A program made the position numbers and the translations under genes. A stretch of 62,877 bases of DNA, filler included, from Piptocephalis cylindrospora (Eukaryota): the NCBI GenBank assembly GCA_003614145.1. It is 21 parts of 21 records of this genome, joined end to end, with 100 filler letters (N's around TTAATTAATTAA, not from the genome) between each part and the next. Parts side by side here need not be neighbours in the genome. Positions count along the whole stretch, not along the records: positions 48,206 to 51,113 come from KZ988813.1; positions 51,214 to 54,007 come from KZ988814.1; positions 54,108 to 57,006 come from KZ988815.1; positions 57,107 to 59,887 come from KZ988816.1; positions 59,988 to 62,877 come from KZ988817.1; 16 more parts are not named here. One strand, given 5' to 3'. Shown one piece after another: positions 48,206 through 61,555 of the stretch. Numbering within the stretch: position 1 is the first letter of the stretch; every line of letters starts with the position of its first letter. The notes beneath the pieces are model-generated. The model searched no databases and was not told the DNA's origin. It worked only from the letters and a program-made list of their open reading frames with translations.

Positions 48206-51113
48206 GGGCACCTTGCCTCTTTGTGTAGATGAGGGCATACAGATCATCCAAAGTTTTCATCTGGTCAACCAGCTAGCGAGCAGAAATAATATTAGACGAA
48301 TTAGCATAATGGTCCCAATGAATTATAGTATCGGTCAGGGAAATCTCTCACCTTCCTCATGGTGTCTACCCTCGGGGACCCTTGCCAAAAATCTTTAAAG
48401 AGGAGAGAGAACAAGCGAAGTGCACAAGTTACCCGTCGTTCCAAGGAGGTGTCTCCAGATTTTGAATAGGCCTAATGAATACGAGGTAGTATGAGTAATG
48501 ATAAAAACGAGAAAAAATGAAGGATCATTTTACCTGATAGAGTTGTCCCAAGTAGTATACTTGATCTTCTACGCTCCGATGAACCAATTGGACCATTATG
48601 GCAGAACCTTCCGCTTCCATCCTAGATTTGGGGCTTCTTCCTGCCTTTGGCCGTTCAGGGGGACTATTCTGCGATGACTCTTCATTGAATAATGGCCCTT
48701 CCAAGGCATCAATTACCCCCTGGGCTTCACCATTCGCCAAAATGTTATTTAGGCCTCTTTGAGCATCTCTGATCAATAAGACATCAGAAAGAGATTCCAC
48801 AGTCTGATTACAGATACGATACTGATACCGGCTATAAGGAAGAGACATCAGTAAGTGCATATGACTTGCCATACTCGTCTCTGTCATGTCCGCTCCGGAT
48901 TCTAGCCAGTGCTGGCGAAATGATTTCCCAAAAAAGAGAAAGACATCGCACTACTTACCAATTGGCCAAAATAACTTCCTCCCCGAGAAGTGACAAGAGG
49001 GAACGACATTGGTCAAGAAGCCCTGATAACTCTGCCTTGGAGCGTTTCTCCATCTCTACCAATTCAGGATCTTGCGAGGATTCTGGCTCATGCATATCTC
49101 TGCTAGCTTCAGTATCTTGAGATGTTCGTCCTCGAACCTCACACAAGATTCGTCGCACGCGAAGCCACGTTAGACGCAGGTCCCTCTGGAGACTAGCTGG
49201 ATCTTTGCTCGCCCTTGTAAGTCTCTTTCCTCCGGAAGGGCTCTTCATTATGGGCGGCGGCCTCACGGTTAGAGGAATGCCCACACGGGCACATTGAAGC
49301 ATCCAATGGTCCAGCTGGTCAAGCCAATCCACAGGCCCTTGGGAGCCTAGGCTTGGGAATGCACTGTGACACTCAACAAGCAGCTCAGCCACCCCTAGGC
49401 AGGCTTCTGGGAGGCACTCGATAGGGAAGTCTTGATGGAGGCTCGTCCAGGCATCAAGTAAGCCATCAATGTAGCAATAGATGAGACGAACAACCACAGG
49501 AAGTAACTGATCGGGCCATTGATATCTCCATGCTGACCCACGTGATCCGGGCCCCATGCCGAACAATGACCATAAGAAGCGGAAAATGCATTGAAGGACT
49601 CCGGAGTTGGAGGTGTTGAGGGAGGGAACAAGGGAGGTAGCGGAGGTGAAAAGAGGATCTGCCTCCCGCGATTTGGGCCTTGACTGCTCCATCCACTCGA
49701 CCAGTGGATCCGTCCACTCTGTCTTCCCCGGAAGACTGGGCTCTTTAGAGATCTTGTAGAGGGATTTTTGGGCCCAGGGCGCCAATCCCTCTTGAGATGT
49801 AAGGGCAGCAGCAAGATGTCGCATGAGAGGAAGGTCCTCCAAATCTGTGAGAAGCTCACCAAGAAATCCCATTTGGGAAAGATAACGAGATACCTCAGTC
49901 ACGAGGTCGGATAAAGCTTCTTCTTGATCCTCGAGCTCCTTTTCCAGGAGATCACCGCGACCACGTACACGCTTGGATAACCTCCGACCATCTCCATCAG
50001 CATGAGCCAACCTTTTTTTCCCAGGCTCCTCCTCCTCCCCAGGTGATCCCGTACGCTTTAGCGGGATCACCGATCCCTCACTGGTATTAGCTGGGATATT
50101 CACTGATTCATCATCTGAGGGATTACTGGGTAAGTAGAGCTGGATGGGCCTTTGGAAAAGAGGGAGTGGTGGCATGCGACCACTTTGCTTCCCCGGGATA
50201 CAAAATAGACGTCTCCTACAGACAAGACCGCACGACCCCAGTAAATTGAGGACACAGTAACAATGTGTCAGCAAAAGGAATCTCCCCGCATCAACCTCAC
50301 TATTTCAATCCAAAGGCTTGACTTACTCATCCTTCTGGGACTCCACCAGTCTACCCAGGGCGCGGCCAATTTCTGGCCATGACGGAAATATGGGTTGGAC
50401 GATCAGAGGGTCCATGGAGGGTCGAGCTGTAATGGGCAAGGGAAATCGGAGAGTGGAATCCTCTCCAGCAACATCCGCTTGCACTTTTTCCATCATCATC
50501 ATCACTTGGTTAAGCGGATCCTGGTTAGCCAATTGAGCCCAGTCACACGGAGAGTGGTCATTGGGATGAGGGAGCAAACGAGGGTACTGGCGCCAGATGA
50601 TCCTGAGCAACCCCTTGGGGGATTCCATAGGGAAGGCCCCCTGTAGAGAGTGTAGGAAAGCCTTGAGGCAGCGTTTAGCAGAATGGGAAAGACTGTCCAG
50701 GGTAAAGGGTACATTGTCATACGCAGCTTGGGCAGACAGGAGGGAAAGAGCCTGCCACAGGATGTATACTGTGGATTCGCGGTCACCTAGCTGCCAAATG
50801 GCTTTGGAAAGTGCCTGCCATACCGGATGATCGGTGGCATCCAATTCCAAAGCTTGAATGAAATGGTCAATGGCATTCTTTCTACTAGTCCGAAGATCCT
50901 CTGTATCGAGCATCCAACATGCCGCAGTAGCTTTATGCACCCCGTACCACAGTTGATGCATAGTGCTCCATGCCTCGGGATGGTTTTTCTGAAAGTCGCC
51001 CGGCACATCCTGGGAGGGGTCGATGTTACTCTTGAGGATTCCCAGGAGGATCTCCCGTGCCTGTATCACCTTGCCCTGACGTTTCAAGGATAAGGCCTGA
51101 TCGTACATCACTT
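48206..51113 (-). CDS. CABIN1/Hir3-like TPR protein of the HIRA histone-chaperone complex, multi-exon fragment
   Basis: MYDQALSLKRQG...LWYGVHK...AIDHFIQALELDATDHPVW resembles the CABIN1 N-terminal TPRs; RRLSKRVR resembles the RRS.RVR motif. Successive minus-strand ORFs are linked by GT-AG introns. Confidence 0.6.
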
Positions 51114-52252
51114 NNNNNNNNNNNNNNNNNNNNNNNNNNNNNNNNNNNNNNNNNNNNTTAATTAATTAANNNNNNNNNNNNNNNNNNNNNNNNNNNNNNN
51201 NNNNNNNNNNNNNTGCTTGGTGCACAGCTATCCATTCTCCGTAGGCTACACCTCCGTCTGGGCTCATCACGTCTTTGAGTAACAGCAGCACCACTGTCCC
51301 ACAGCCCTTGTGTATGTATTTGGGAGTAGGTGAATCCCATCATCATCAGGATCTCCTCTGGCCTGGGTCGATAGATAAGACATGGTTCAAGGGGTCAAGT
51401 TTAGATATGGTTGTGACACAATTTCCACAACAGATGGATGACGCTTTAATGGAACAAGAAGATGAGTGTCCACTCTATCAGGAACCCCCCACTGATAGGA
51501 TGGAGGGATACAAGGGGGAGGAGATAAAAAAGAACTACCGTTCTTTTTACCTAGGTCAAGGTACACATGGGTTTGGATTCATCGGCGCTTCTTGAAAGGG
51601 GAACACAAGGCACCTGCGATCCCTGCATGGTGCTGTTTGGCACTGGGGGGCAGAGGGCGCTTGAAACGCACAGCCCATATTGATCCGACAGGGCGATCAT
51701 GCCTGCTGCCCTTATCGTCATACCCTTTTCCTAGAGGTCCAGAGCCCTATCTTCTCATCGACCGGTATCAAGTCCCTTGCATCAGACCTTTAGGCTGCGA
51801 CCCTAACTACTGTACACTCTTATAGTGAGTAAAATGTCCTAGCTTCCTTCCTCATCTATGCTAGACCCTTCTTTGACAGTGGTGACATGAGGGTGGCACA
51901 GTCGATCTGCGTTCGTTTCTTGGCACAGTCTTAGCATAGCACAGACACCCTTCTCGTACTCAAAAATGCCTAGGGCAAGATTGGATGGATGCTGTATTAC
52001 CAAAGAAAAAAAAAGGAGAAAAAGAAAGGGACAGGTTGCAACAGCCGCATGAAACGCCGATGAAGGGGAGGAAGGAGGAGAAGGAGGGGGAGGAGGAGGG
52101 GGGGAAAGGTTGTAGGGATATCCAAGTTGGATGCATTTTCTCCCCATCCTTTTCTCCCTTCAATCTCTCTCTCTCTTCTCCCTAGTACCCTATCCTGATC
52201 ATTTCACCTCTCCACCCTACTCAGAGCATCGCCGACACTCCAAATGTAGGGA

Positions 52253-53671
52253 TCATGCCGAAAGTATGTTTTTGCACCATTCGTACGTCATGAAGCTTAC
52301 GCCAATAGCCGGGGACACCTTGAGATAATTGGGGATCATGCCACGGTAAAGGCCACGGATCCCCTCTGAGGCCACCATGCTTCGAATAGCCTCAAAGGTG
52401 TTGTTGTACTTGTACCCTACCCCGCTCATCCCCGTTACCTGCATCCGGCGACGAAGGACGTCCAAGGGGTAGGTGCAGGTCTGGGCAATGGTCCCAGCCA
52501 AGGCCCCGCACACCAGCTTACCCATGGAACTGGGGGCCAACTCGCCCTCGGGGGTAAAGTACATGCGAAGGACCTCGTAAGCCTGGAAATTGAGCGCAAC
52601 GTACGGGGCCACTCCGGTCATGGTGGGTCCCAGGCCGCGGAAAAGGGATCGAACCCCTCCTTCCTCCCGGTACATCTTTACTCCAGTATCCCAGATCCCG
52701 GGTAATTTGAAATCTGGGCCATGTTGCATCATCGACCCGCTCTGAACGGATAATCGAGTCCGGATAATGTCTAGAGGGTAAGTAGCGGCCACGCTAGTGA
52801 TCCCGGCCAGGGCTCCTGCGGCCAGTCGACGAGCCGTCGTTAGCTCTGTCTTTCCCTCTTCCATCAACATCTACACATGGGGAGAGGGAGGCGTGAGTAC
52901 TGGACAACACCCTTCTCTACATCATTCAATCTCAACGCGCCACACCTTCTTGTAATGTTCATAGGAGGCGAATTGTACGGCCGAGTAAGGAACAATGCGA
53001 ACCACATTGGTGCCATTACCACGCATATACCCGCGGAATCCCTCTTCTTTCCACATCTTGACCAAGGTGCCCCAGATCCCTCGATAGGCCGTGTGGGTAC
53101 CGGCCCCTTGGACTTGGAAGAGGATCTTCATCCGCTCCAGGGGGGAAACGACTGTCCGGGATACGCCCCCAGCCACGCCCCCAGCAATAAAGTGCTTGAC
53201 CCAAGGGGCAGTCATAACCTCGTAACAGTAAGCCCAAGCGGAGCGTACCTGGATCTGGGATTCGGCGAGCCCAGCGCCACCATCCCCATCCACTCGACCA
53301 AGCCGGATTTTTCGACCTATTGCTGCTTGTGTCGATGCTGTGGAGGAAGCTAGAGACTCGCCCAGACCAACCACAGGGAAGGGCCGTTGTTTTAATGCAT
53401 CGGCCCCTATGGCCATCTGGGGGGGTTGGGTGAAAAAATCCTTGGTTTCGGGTGGATCATCAATGATACTGTGGGCCATGGTCGACTCAGACGCCTCCGA
53501 GGCATGGGCAATACTCTGGTTAGCCAGGATCTTCAGGTCTCCACGGACACTCTCTGCCTCTCCCGAGGGCGAGGGGATCATCTCATTCCAGGAGGATCGG
53601 GAAAGTTGAGCCGGGACGATGGGAGTGGCGGCAGAGGCCTTTTCAGTGCCTCCTTCAGCTCTATGGGACAT
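52253..53671 (-). CDS. Mitochondrial carrier (SLC25; YPR011C/SLC25A42-like group), 2 exons
   Basis: Three carrier repeats with signatures [14 protein letters not shown] and [21 protein letters not shown] and [18 protein letters not shown]. Long N-terminal extension. Confidence 0.93.
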
Positions 53672-54269
53672 GCAAAGGTTGGGCGGCGGACCGGGGATGC
53701 AGAGGGGCAGGATGGGCTGGGTGTCCTTGCCGGTGTGTTGGGATGGAGAATGTATGGGTGGACGGGTTTAAGTGCTTGTTAGGGATATGAAAGTAGATGT
53801 ACCTCTCCCGTAAAGTCGTCTTGTATGGTCCAGTGTAGGAATTGGATAAGGGTGAGGATGGGGGCAAGCGTCACTTGACGTGACTAGTCGATGAGATAAA
53901 CGGATGAGCGAACGAAGAAAAGGAACGAGGAAGGTGAGGAGACTGGGGTGACCAAGCGTCAGGGGGCGAGTGAAGGGACAGGAAGGGACGGTCGGCTAGG
54001 AAGATGTNNNNNNNNNNNNNNNNNNNNNNNNNNNNNNNNNNNNNNNNNNNNTTAATTAATTAANNNNNNNNNNNNNNNNNNNNNNNNNNNNNNNNNNNNN
54101 NNNNNNNGTACCGTAGTGACTTTTCAAGTAGGATAATGGCCCTGGTTAGATCTTCATCCCGGCTAGACGTTTGACCCTCAAGGCTCTTCAGGTATCCTAC
54201 TTTTTATTATGTACACTCAGATGATCTCCTTACTCATTTCTCTGTAACTTCCTCCATAATTACATCCAG

Positions 54270-57006
54270 AAAAAGTCATATTTCCGCTCTACTCTGGATA
54301 CCCGAGTGGTCAGTGACCTACTCAGGGAACGCCTGGTCATTGAGGATATTGATACGGATGAGGAGAACGGGGAGGGAGCCGTGATGATCCCCGAGGAGGA
54401 TGACAGTATCTTCATCAACTTTTCCCGGTATGTTCATCATCGTGGGCTACGTAGGATTTGGAGCACCAATGGATGGGGTCGTCAGATCACGCGTAACACA
54501 TTGGTGGAGGCGCTGAAGAATTACCTTGCTGTTGACATAGCTGCTCTCAAAATCCTGGATGAGTTTATGGAGGAGCACTTGCCTCCTTCATTGGAAGATG
54601 ACTCCAGCAATGCGACAGGAGAACCTGTAAGAATCGAACGGATCAACCAGGCCTTTCCCAAGATAGCGTCCAAATGCCAGCTTGGGAATTGGATCCTTCA
54701 TCAGGCTCATCTCAAGAGTCAATCTCGTATCTACATGTAAGTAAAGAAATGATATCACCACAGGTTTTCCGTCTGATAAACAACTGATACGTCTTTATTG
54801 TTTCTAGGATTCGGCAAGCTCGTCAGAAAATCGAGAGATACTTGGAAGAAAAGCCAGTACTCCACCTGTGTTGTGCGCCTAACCTGAAAACCACGACATA
54901 TTGCATGAAGAGCGCCCTTAAGGTTCTGGATTCATTGAGCGATATTGACGTACCAATCCGTCTTCGTGTCCTTGAAGTCATGGATATGATCGGGTACAGC
55001 GGCCCCTCTGAAGACGAGGAGGAAGAGCTCCGTATGCTGGTTTATCTTAACGAAGAAACCGTTCAAATGTCCGAAAAATGCGCCTCTTTTATCCTATATC
55101 CCGGCGACGTAAGTCCCTTGTATAAGTAATGGTTTTAAGGTTATGCTCAGGAACTATCAATTATCAAAAAAACAAGGAATCCCTCACCAGTCTCTTTCCC
55201 CATACAAAATATTTAGGAAGAACATGCTGCAATGGAGAAGAAAATCAATGATATGTTTGATCGTTGGGCCGAATGGAGATCCAAAATGCTGGAGACAAAC
55301 TCAGAGCTAGAGCTCTATGAAATATCTGAAGCCTTGATTTACTGGGGAAATGCAAATGGTACCGAAGATGCGGAGATATTCTCCCAGGAGACCGAGATTC
55401 TCCAAGAAGAATACAAGAAGTACAAGGGCACGAAGATTGGGGAGAGGTACGAAAAGGCCTTTGCCGGAGATGTTCCATCCATGCTGTGGCTGGGAGAAGC
55501 GTACATGGATGGGGATCGAGGGCTGGAGGAAAGCCGATCTCTTTATTGCCTCTGGTTCCTTCGTGCAGCCATCCAAAATGACCCAAAGGCCCTCACCTAC
55601 TACGGAGTTGCCAGTGGGTGGGAGGATAACTCGAGATCCTCAGTCGTTCTGCGGACCAAGTGTTTACGTAGGGCAGACTCATTGGGCTTTCTTCCAGCCA
55701 AGGCCAAGTACGCTTACCTTCTTCTGAATGGAGATGGGTGCGACATGGACAAGGAAAAAGCAGTGAGTATTTTCCAAGACGCTATTAATGCTGGTTCCAT
55801 CCTTGGTTCGTACGGCTTGATGATTCATCATCGTACCCGCAACGATCAGAAAAATATGGTGCTTTACGGGGAGGCTTGTCTGGGTGCAGGCCACCTTCAA
55901 TGCTACCTAGAGCTAGTCATCTCACTCCTTCGGTACGATACAAGTAATGAGGAGGAACGGCAATCTGACTATGCCAAAGCCTACGAATATTGCATGGCTC
56001 TAAAAGATCACCCGGACCTGCATCATCCGCCCAAAAGGACCGAATGGACTATGGAATCACTTTACGGGAAAAAGGAGTGTCAGAGCCTTGCTCCCGACCT
56101 TTGCTATTACCTAGGTCTCATTTACTACTGGGGTCTTGGTGTTCCTCAAGACCGGGAGGAAGCCGTAAAACAATGGGAAAGGGTAGAGATGGGAGAAGAT
56201 ATTCAAGTCCGGGAATCTTTAGCCTACTGCTACATTACCGGGGAAGGCAAGGAACAAGATGTGAAGCGGGGAATGGGCCTTTTGCTTGAGAAAAATGGTT
56301 ACCTCACCGGCCAGGGGGGTACTGCACTGGCCTTCCTCCATAGTCGCACCATTCTCACGGAGAGAGATGGCGCTGAAGCGTTAGAGAAATCCAACTTTTC
56401 CCGGAAACGCGACTACGGAAGAGCTGCATTCCTGGACGGACGTCTCTACGAGAAGGGTTTGGAAGTAGAGCAGAGCTGGGTGCAGGCTGTGGAGTTATAT
56501 GAGCAATTCGAGGGGAGAAACGATATGTGCCGGGTAGCCCTGGCGCGTCTCCGCCTTGTAGGATACGGATGCAGAAAGGATGTAGACTGGGCCGTCAGAG
56601 TATTCCAGGATTGCTCGGTCCCAGGAATCCCCAGCGGCCGACAAACCCTGGCCACCTTTTTTGGTACAAGTGGTGGTGCGACGATATGCTGGGAAACCTC
56701 GAGGCCCAAGTATCCCTGGGAATGTGCATGGTCAAAGGGGAAGGGATGGAGAAGGATGTGGATGCAGGACTGGAATTGTGGAAGAAGGCTGCGGCGAGGG
56801 GCTCAGGAGAGGCTCATATCCGCTTGTATGAAGCCTACTCTCAAGGCGAATGGGTTGCCATGGATTTCACCAAGGCCAAGGAGCATCTTGAGGAGGCGAC
56901 AAATCTAGAGGAACCGACTGGGATGTGTCTGTATGCGGAGGAACTGCTAGACCGGGATGAAGATCTAACCAGGGCCATTATCCTACTTGAAAAGTCACTA
57001 CGGTAC
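54270..57006 (+). CDS. Sel1-like repeat protein, multi-exon, with an apparent frameshift near 56610-56680; 3' partial
   Basis: Exons 54270-54736, about 54808-55108 and 55217 onward splice in frame. Multiple Sel1 repeats (LG..Y..G.G...D...A). The repeats switch from the 55232 frame to the 56527 frame. Confidence 0.85.
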
Positions 57007-57303
57007 NNNNNNNNNNNNNNNNNNNNNNNNNNNNNNNNNNNNNNNNNNNNTTAATTAATTAANNNNNNNNNNNNNNNNNNNNNNNNNNNNNNNNNNNNNN
57101 NNNNNNACGTCCGTATCATGACAATTACGCGTATAGGCAGGTCGACACCCCCCCTTCTCTCTGTACTGCACTCCCCTAGTCATCACCCTCCATCCAACTG
57201 ACTCGGATCAAAACAAGGAAGCATGATAATCTTCATATTCCTCATTCTAGCCACCTTCAAAGTGCCCATAACCACCTAAATCACCCATACCATATCATCT
57301 CAT

Positions 57304-59774
57304 TCAATAAAAGCTCTCAGAGGTGTACATCTCAGAGGATTCCTTGGCATCGGGGATCTGGACCTCACCGTAGATATCATCCACTTGGTACATCTTGCTA
57401 GGGATCGACAGAGGATCGACGGCAGAAGACTTGGCCTTGGACTTGTCCTTTCCAGCCTTGGGGGCCTTATCGGATTTGGAAGACTTTTTCCCCTCCTTGC
57501 TGGCATCGGCCTTACTGGCATCGGCCTTGCTGGCAATACCGCTGGCCTTGCCATCAGGGATGAGGATCAGCTCGAGGGACCCAGACCCATCCTTCTTGGG
57601 GCTCTTGTCCACAATGTAATACCCACGTCTCTCCAGCTGGACGACCTGACCAACGGGGTAATCCTGGACATTGGCATCCACGACGACAGGGGTACGGAAT
57701 TCGGAGACGGCGGTAACGTGGTCCTCGACCTGGTCATCCTCCTCGAGCTTCTTCTTGCTGATCAGGTAATCGTAATCGAGAAGGGTAGCGGAGATCCCGG
57801 CCTCCTCCTCAGAGGAAAGCCAGGTGAGCTTACGCTTGGTCTTCTTAAAGTCGCCCTCCAGGTGAAGTTGACCCTCGAGCCCAGTGACCTTGCCCTCGAC
57901 ATCCCGAAGGATCTTTTGGATGATCACGTTGCCCCAGTCCATCAGGGTAACCTCCTCGCCCTCCTGGCTGATCTGGGCATCGGCCTGATCGAGGAAGACC
58001 CGGGGGGAAAAGTGAGTACGCTTCATCCCGACCTCGGGGTTCTTCTTGTGCTTGGCCATTTCCCGGACCAGACCACCGGATCCAATGGACCCCAACTCCT
58101 CCAGCCCGGCGCCCGAGGTGAGACGCAGGGGGACCTGGCCCTCCTCGGTGATGGCCACATGCCTGGGGGCAACGGGATCGAGGATTCGCTTGTTCAGGGC
58201 CCAAAGCTTATCCCACTCAAGATGAAGGGAATTCTGGGAGGCGCCCTGCATGAGAATGTACTGGTTGAGAGCCTCAATGGACATACCTCGACGACGGATC
58301 CCACGGACGGTGGGAAACCTGGGATCATCCCAGCCCCCACCCAGGCCCTTTTCGACAAACCAAGTGAGCTTCCGCTTGGAGAGAAGGGTGTAGACAAAGT
58401 TGATGCGGGAAAAGTCCCAGATGTGGACGGTACGGACCTTGCAGTGCTTGAGGAACCACTTGTACTGAGGGTTGCGATCACGGTACTCATTGGTACGAAG
58501 GGCATGGGTGACGCCCTCATGGGCATCGACGAGGGGACAGGCAAAATCGTAAGTGGGGTAGACCTTCCAGGTGGTGCCGGTCCTGTGATGAGGGGTAAGG
58601 TTGACGCGGAAGATGACGGGATCACGAAGGGCCTTGTTGGGGTCATCCACGCTCATTTTAGCGCGAAGGCAAGACCGAATGCCCTCTTCAGTGCCCTTGG
58701 CCATCTCCTGGGTGAAGAGCCTCTCGTTTTCCTCGATGGACCGATCCCGACGGGCCGAGGCAATACCATCCATGCGCTGGGTACGCATGGTGGCCTGATC
58801 GGTGTCGTCGACGTAGGCAAGACCCTGGCGGATCAGGGTAATGGCATCCTCGTAGAGTTTGTCAAAGTAATCGGAGGTATGAGTGACCTGATCACCATGG
58901 ACACCGATGAGACGGAGATCCTCGATGATACTCTCCTCAAATTCGGCCTTTTCCTTGCTGGGGTTGGTATCATCGAAGCGGATGATGAGACGACCCTCGT
59001 AGTGGCGGGCAAAGTATTGGTTGAGAAGGGCGGCCTTGGCGTGACCGATGTGCAGGTAACCCGAGGGCTCTGGGGGGAACCGGGTGACCACCTGGCCTTT
59101 GATGGCGCCCTCCAGACCGACCTCAAAGGAGCCCTGATCCTTCTTGCCCTTGGCTTCGACGGCGGCAGCAGTGTGTATGAGGGTGACGGACCGGGTAGTG
59201 GCGGGGAAGGAGGAGAGGTAGAGGAACCACCGGGCCAGATAAGTGTATGGGAGTTTGCCGGACTTCAAGTTACGACCAAAGATGGGGGAGGCCTTGAGGA
59301 AGCCCCACACGGCGTAGTCGACGAGCGAGGGGCCCTTGTGCTCCCCACTAAGGTAGGTGCGGAAGGCTAGATGGTCGTCAAGCTTGGCAAAAGCGGCATC
59401 AAGGATGGGGTGACGAGTGCTCATGAGGTCAGTGACGGCCAGGTCCAACCAGGGCTGGGTGGCTGGGGTGGGAGGACCAAAGGTGGCCAAGAGCTCGTTC
59501 ATGGCATCCTTGATCTCCGACAGAGCAGGCTTATCCCTATTGAAACGAGGAGGACATGGTGAGTGAGGGTGAGATAGATCGGGGACATGGGAAGCGCGAC
59601 CTACTCGGAAAGATTAAGCTGGACGGCAGGAGCCGAGGAATCCTCGGAAAGACCGAGGATCAGGGGCTTCTGGGAAGGGTCATCCTTGATGGCTTCAGCA
59701 ACAGCGAGGAGGCCATAGGGAAATGGGGAGGCTTTGCGGGCCAAGGTGAGCTGTACAGCTTGCTTGGAGGACAT
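57304..59774 (-). CDS. GUS1: Cytoplasmic glutamyl-tRNA synthetase, 2 exons
   Basis: ATG at 59774 (MSSKQAVQLTLARKASPFPYG); GST-like N-domain, TRFPPEPSGYLHIGH, RFDDTNP, YPTYDFACP, LLSKRKL, WDDPRFPT and QLERRGYY. Confidence 0.97.
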
Positions 59775-60182
59775 GGTGTAGGCGGGGGAGAGGAATGGGA
59801 TGGAGGAGAGGAGGAAGAAACGCGCGGTATGAGGGCCAAGACTGATGGGGCGCGGTAGCTGGAAAATGTGTCAGACATGATGGTAGANNNNNNNNNNNNN
59901 NNNNNNNNNNNNNNNNNNNNNNNNNNNNNNNTTAATTAATTAANNNNNNNNNNNNNNNNNNNNNNNNNNNNNNNNNNNNNNNNNNNNTATTTTAGCCACT
60001 TTTCACAACATCAGTTAGCCAGTGTGCATGGTTGGAGAGGAGAGACTGGTCGCATACTTCCAAGCCACCCACCACATGCTACTAAACGCCCGACTGAAGG
60101 CTGCGCGCGCCGAGAAATCAGACATCTACCACGCCAAGCCCCGCTGCCTCTCTCTATCGATGTACATCTCCCTCACTCCCCA

Positions 60183-61555
60183 TCAATCATCCTTGGATTC
60201 CTCCGAGAAATGCCCGAGAGATTGGCCCACCTGGACCTTTTGTCCAGGTTCCAGGGTAAAGGTAAAGCCCTGCTCCGGCGCCTCAAAAATCAGGACTACC
60301 GTACTACCCAATTTAAATCCGCCCATCTCATCACCCTTGGGTACGACAACCCCCTTACTTAACCAGCTAGCCTGATCATACCGGACCTCAGTACACTGGC
60401 CATGACGGTAGGCCTGCTTAATATTGGTCCGGAGGTCCTTGTCAAAACGAATGACAATGGATCCCACATTAGTGGCGCCTACAGGCACCATTGAAAACAT
60501 GCCATGCTTCCACCGGCCAAGCAGGGCCACTCGTTCATTCAGGACAAATAGGTCCTTAAGGAGTCCAGCCATCCAGGGGGATACGGAAAAGAGGTCGCCT
60601 AATCAGGGAGAAAGCGGAAGAGTGTGAGATGACCACCAGAGAGCGTATCCCACCTCTTACCCAACTCACCACTGAAATGCCTCCGAGTCTGAACAATCCA
60701 ATTCACCGGGGAATGGAAGCGATGATAATCACCAGGGGCAAGGTAGATGACACAAAAGTACATCTGATTCCCAGGACGAGGACCATAAGCCGAGGCATGT
60801 CCCTCCTCCTCACCGATCAGTCGGTCCAGGGAATAATCGATACCGTTGATCCGGGCAAACTCCTCCTCAGAGGTGATGTTGGCTGAGTGAGAGGATTGGG
60901 CCATCTGTTGATCATGGTCCCCATTGTCCTCCTTCCCCGTGGGCTGCGGAACGTTGGAAGAGCCACCGAGTAGGGCCTGAAGCTCATAGGTCACGCCCTT
61001 GACTTGCTCCACCTGACCATGCGTCACCACACCAAAGTGAAGGACCTTTCCGTCTGCTGGACTGACCAGTTCGGAAGTATCGTCCATAGGCCTGGCCCCA
61101 GGTTTGAGGGACCGGTAGAAGAACTCCCCTAGGTTCGGGTAATGGGTTAGGTCCGGGTCCTCCATCTCCTCCAAATTGCACCCAAAGATCCAGGCATAGA
61201 GGTGATATCCAGGTTTACGGAGGGACTCGGGTAAGGTGAGTGAGTTGAAGGAGCCAAAGAGCCGGGAGACCGCGCGGAGAGGGAGGCTCGAGATGACATG
61301 GACGTGCCACGGCCCCACCACAGCCCGTTCATCCCTTGCATAGCTCACCGCCCCCACTCCGGTAAGAATCCCGAGGGGAACGAGGAACCAACGCACACCT
61401 CGGCCTTTCCTAGACTGAGATGTCGCATACGACCGAGCCTGAGAGGAACGAATGGATGGCCAGGCCCGAGGCAAGGTAGCGGGTCTCCCAAGACCTCCTA
61501 CAGCCTTGGGGAAGAGACGCGTCTGGGAAGCGGCAAGAGTGGAATACCAAGACAT
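60183..61555 (-). CDS. PSD1: Mitochondrial phosphatidylserine decarboxylase 1, 2 exons
   Basis: Arg/Ser-rich presequence plus TM segment; [59 protein letters not shown] and the FKLGST cleavage motif. Confidence 0.96.

Larger units (their letters stand above)
2953..59987. other. 20 artificial 100-nt contig-joining spacers (N44-TTAATTAATTAA-N44)
   Basis: Spacers start at 2953, 5889, 8822, 11861, 14893, 17925, 20954, 23980, 27002, 30021, 33040, 36059, 39075, 42087, 45097, 48106, 51114, 54008, 57007 and 59888. The palindromic core supplies stop codons in all six frames. Confidence 0.99.

Noticed and set aside
57385..59370. 661-aa plus-strand ORF antisense to GluRS
   Set aside because: It is the codon-aligned shadow of a GC3-rich gene, which lacks antisense stops. 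It has no independent motifs.
2953..59987. Regularly spaced TTAATTAATTAA palindromes resembling a repeat array or CRISPR-like structure
   Set aside because: They are embedded in fixed N runs and are artificial contig linkers; ORFs ending in X...LIN are by-products.
6407..61555. PSD2, PSD1, lipase and ERG1 together as a lipid-metabolism cluster
   Set aside because: They lie on separate, unlinked contigs ordered only by size.
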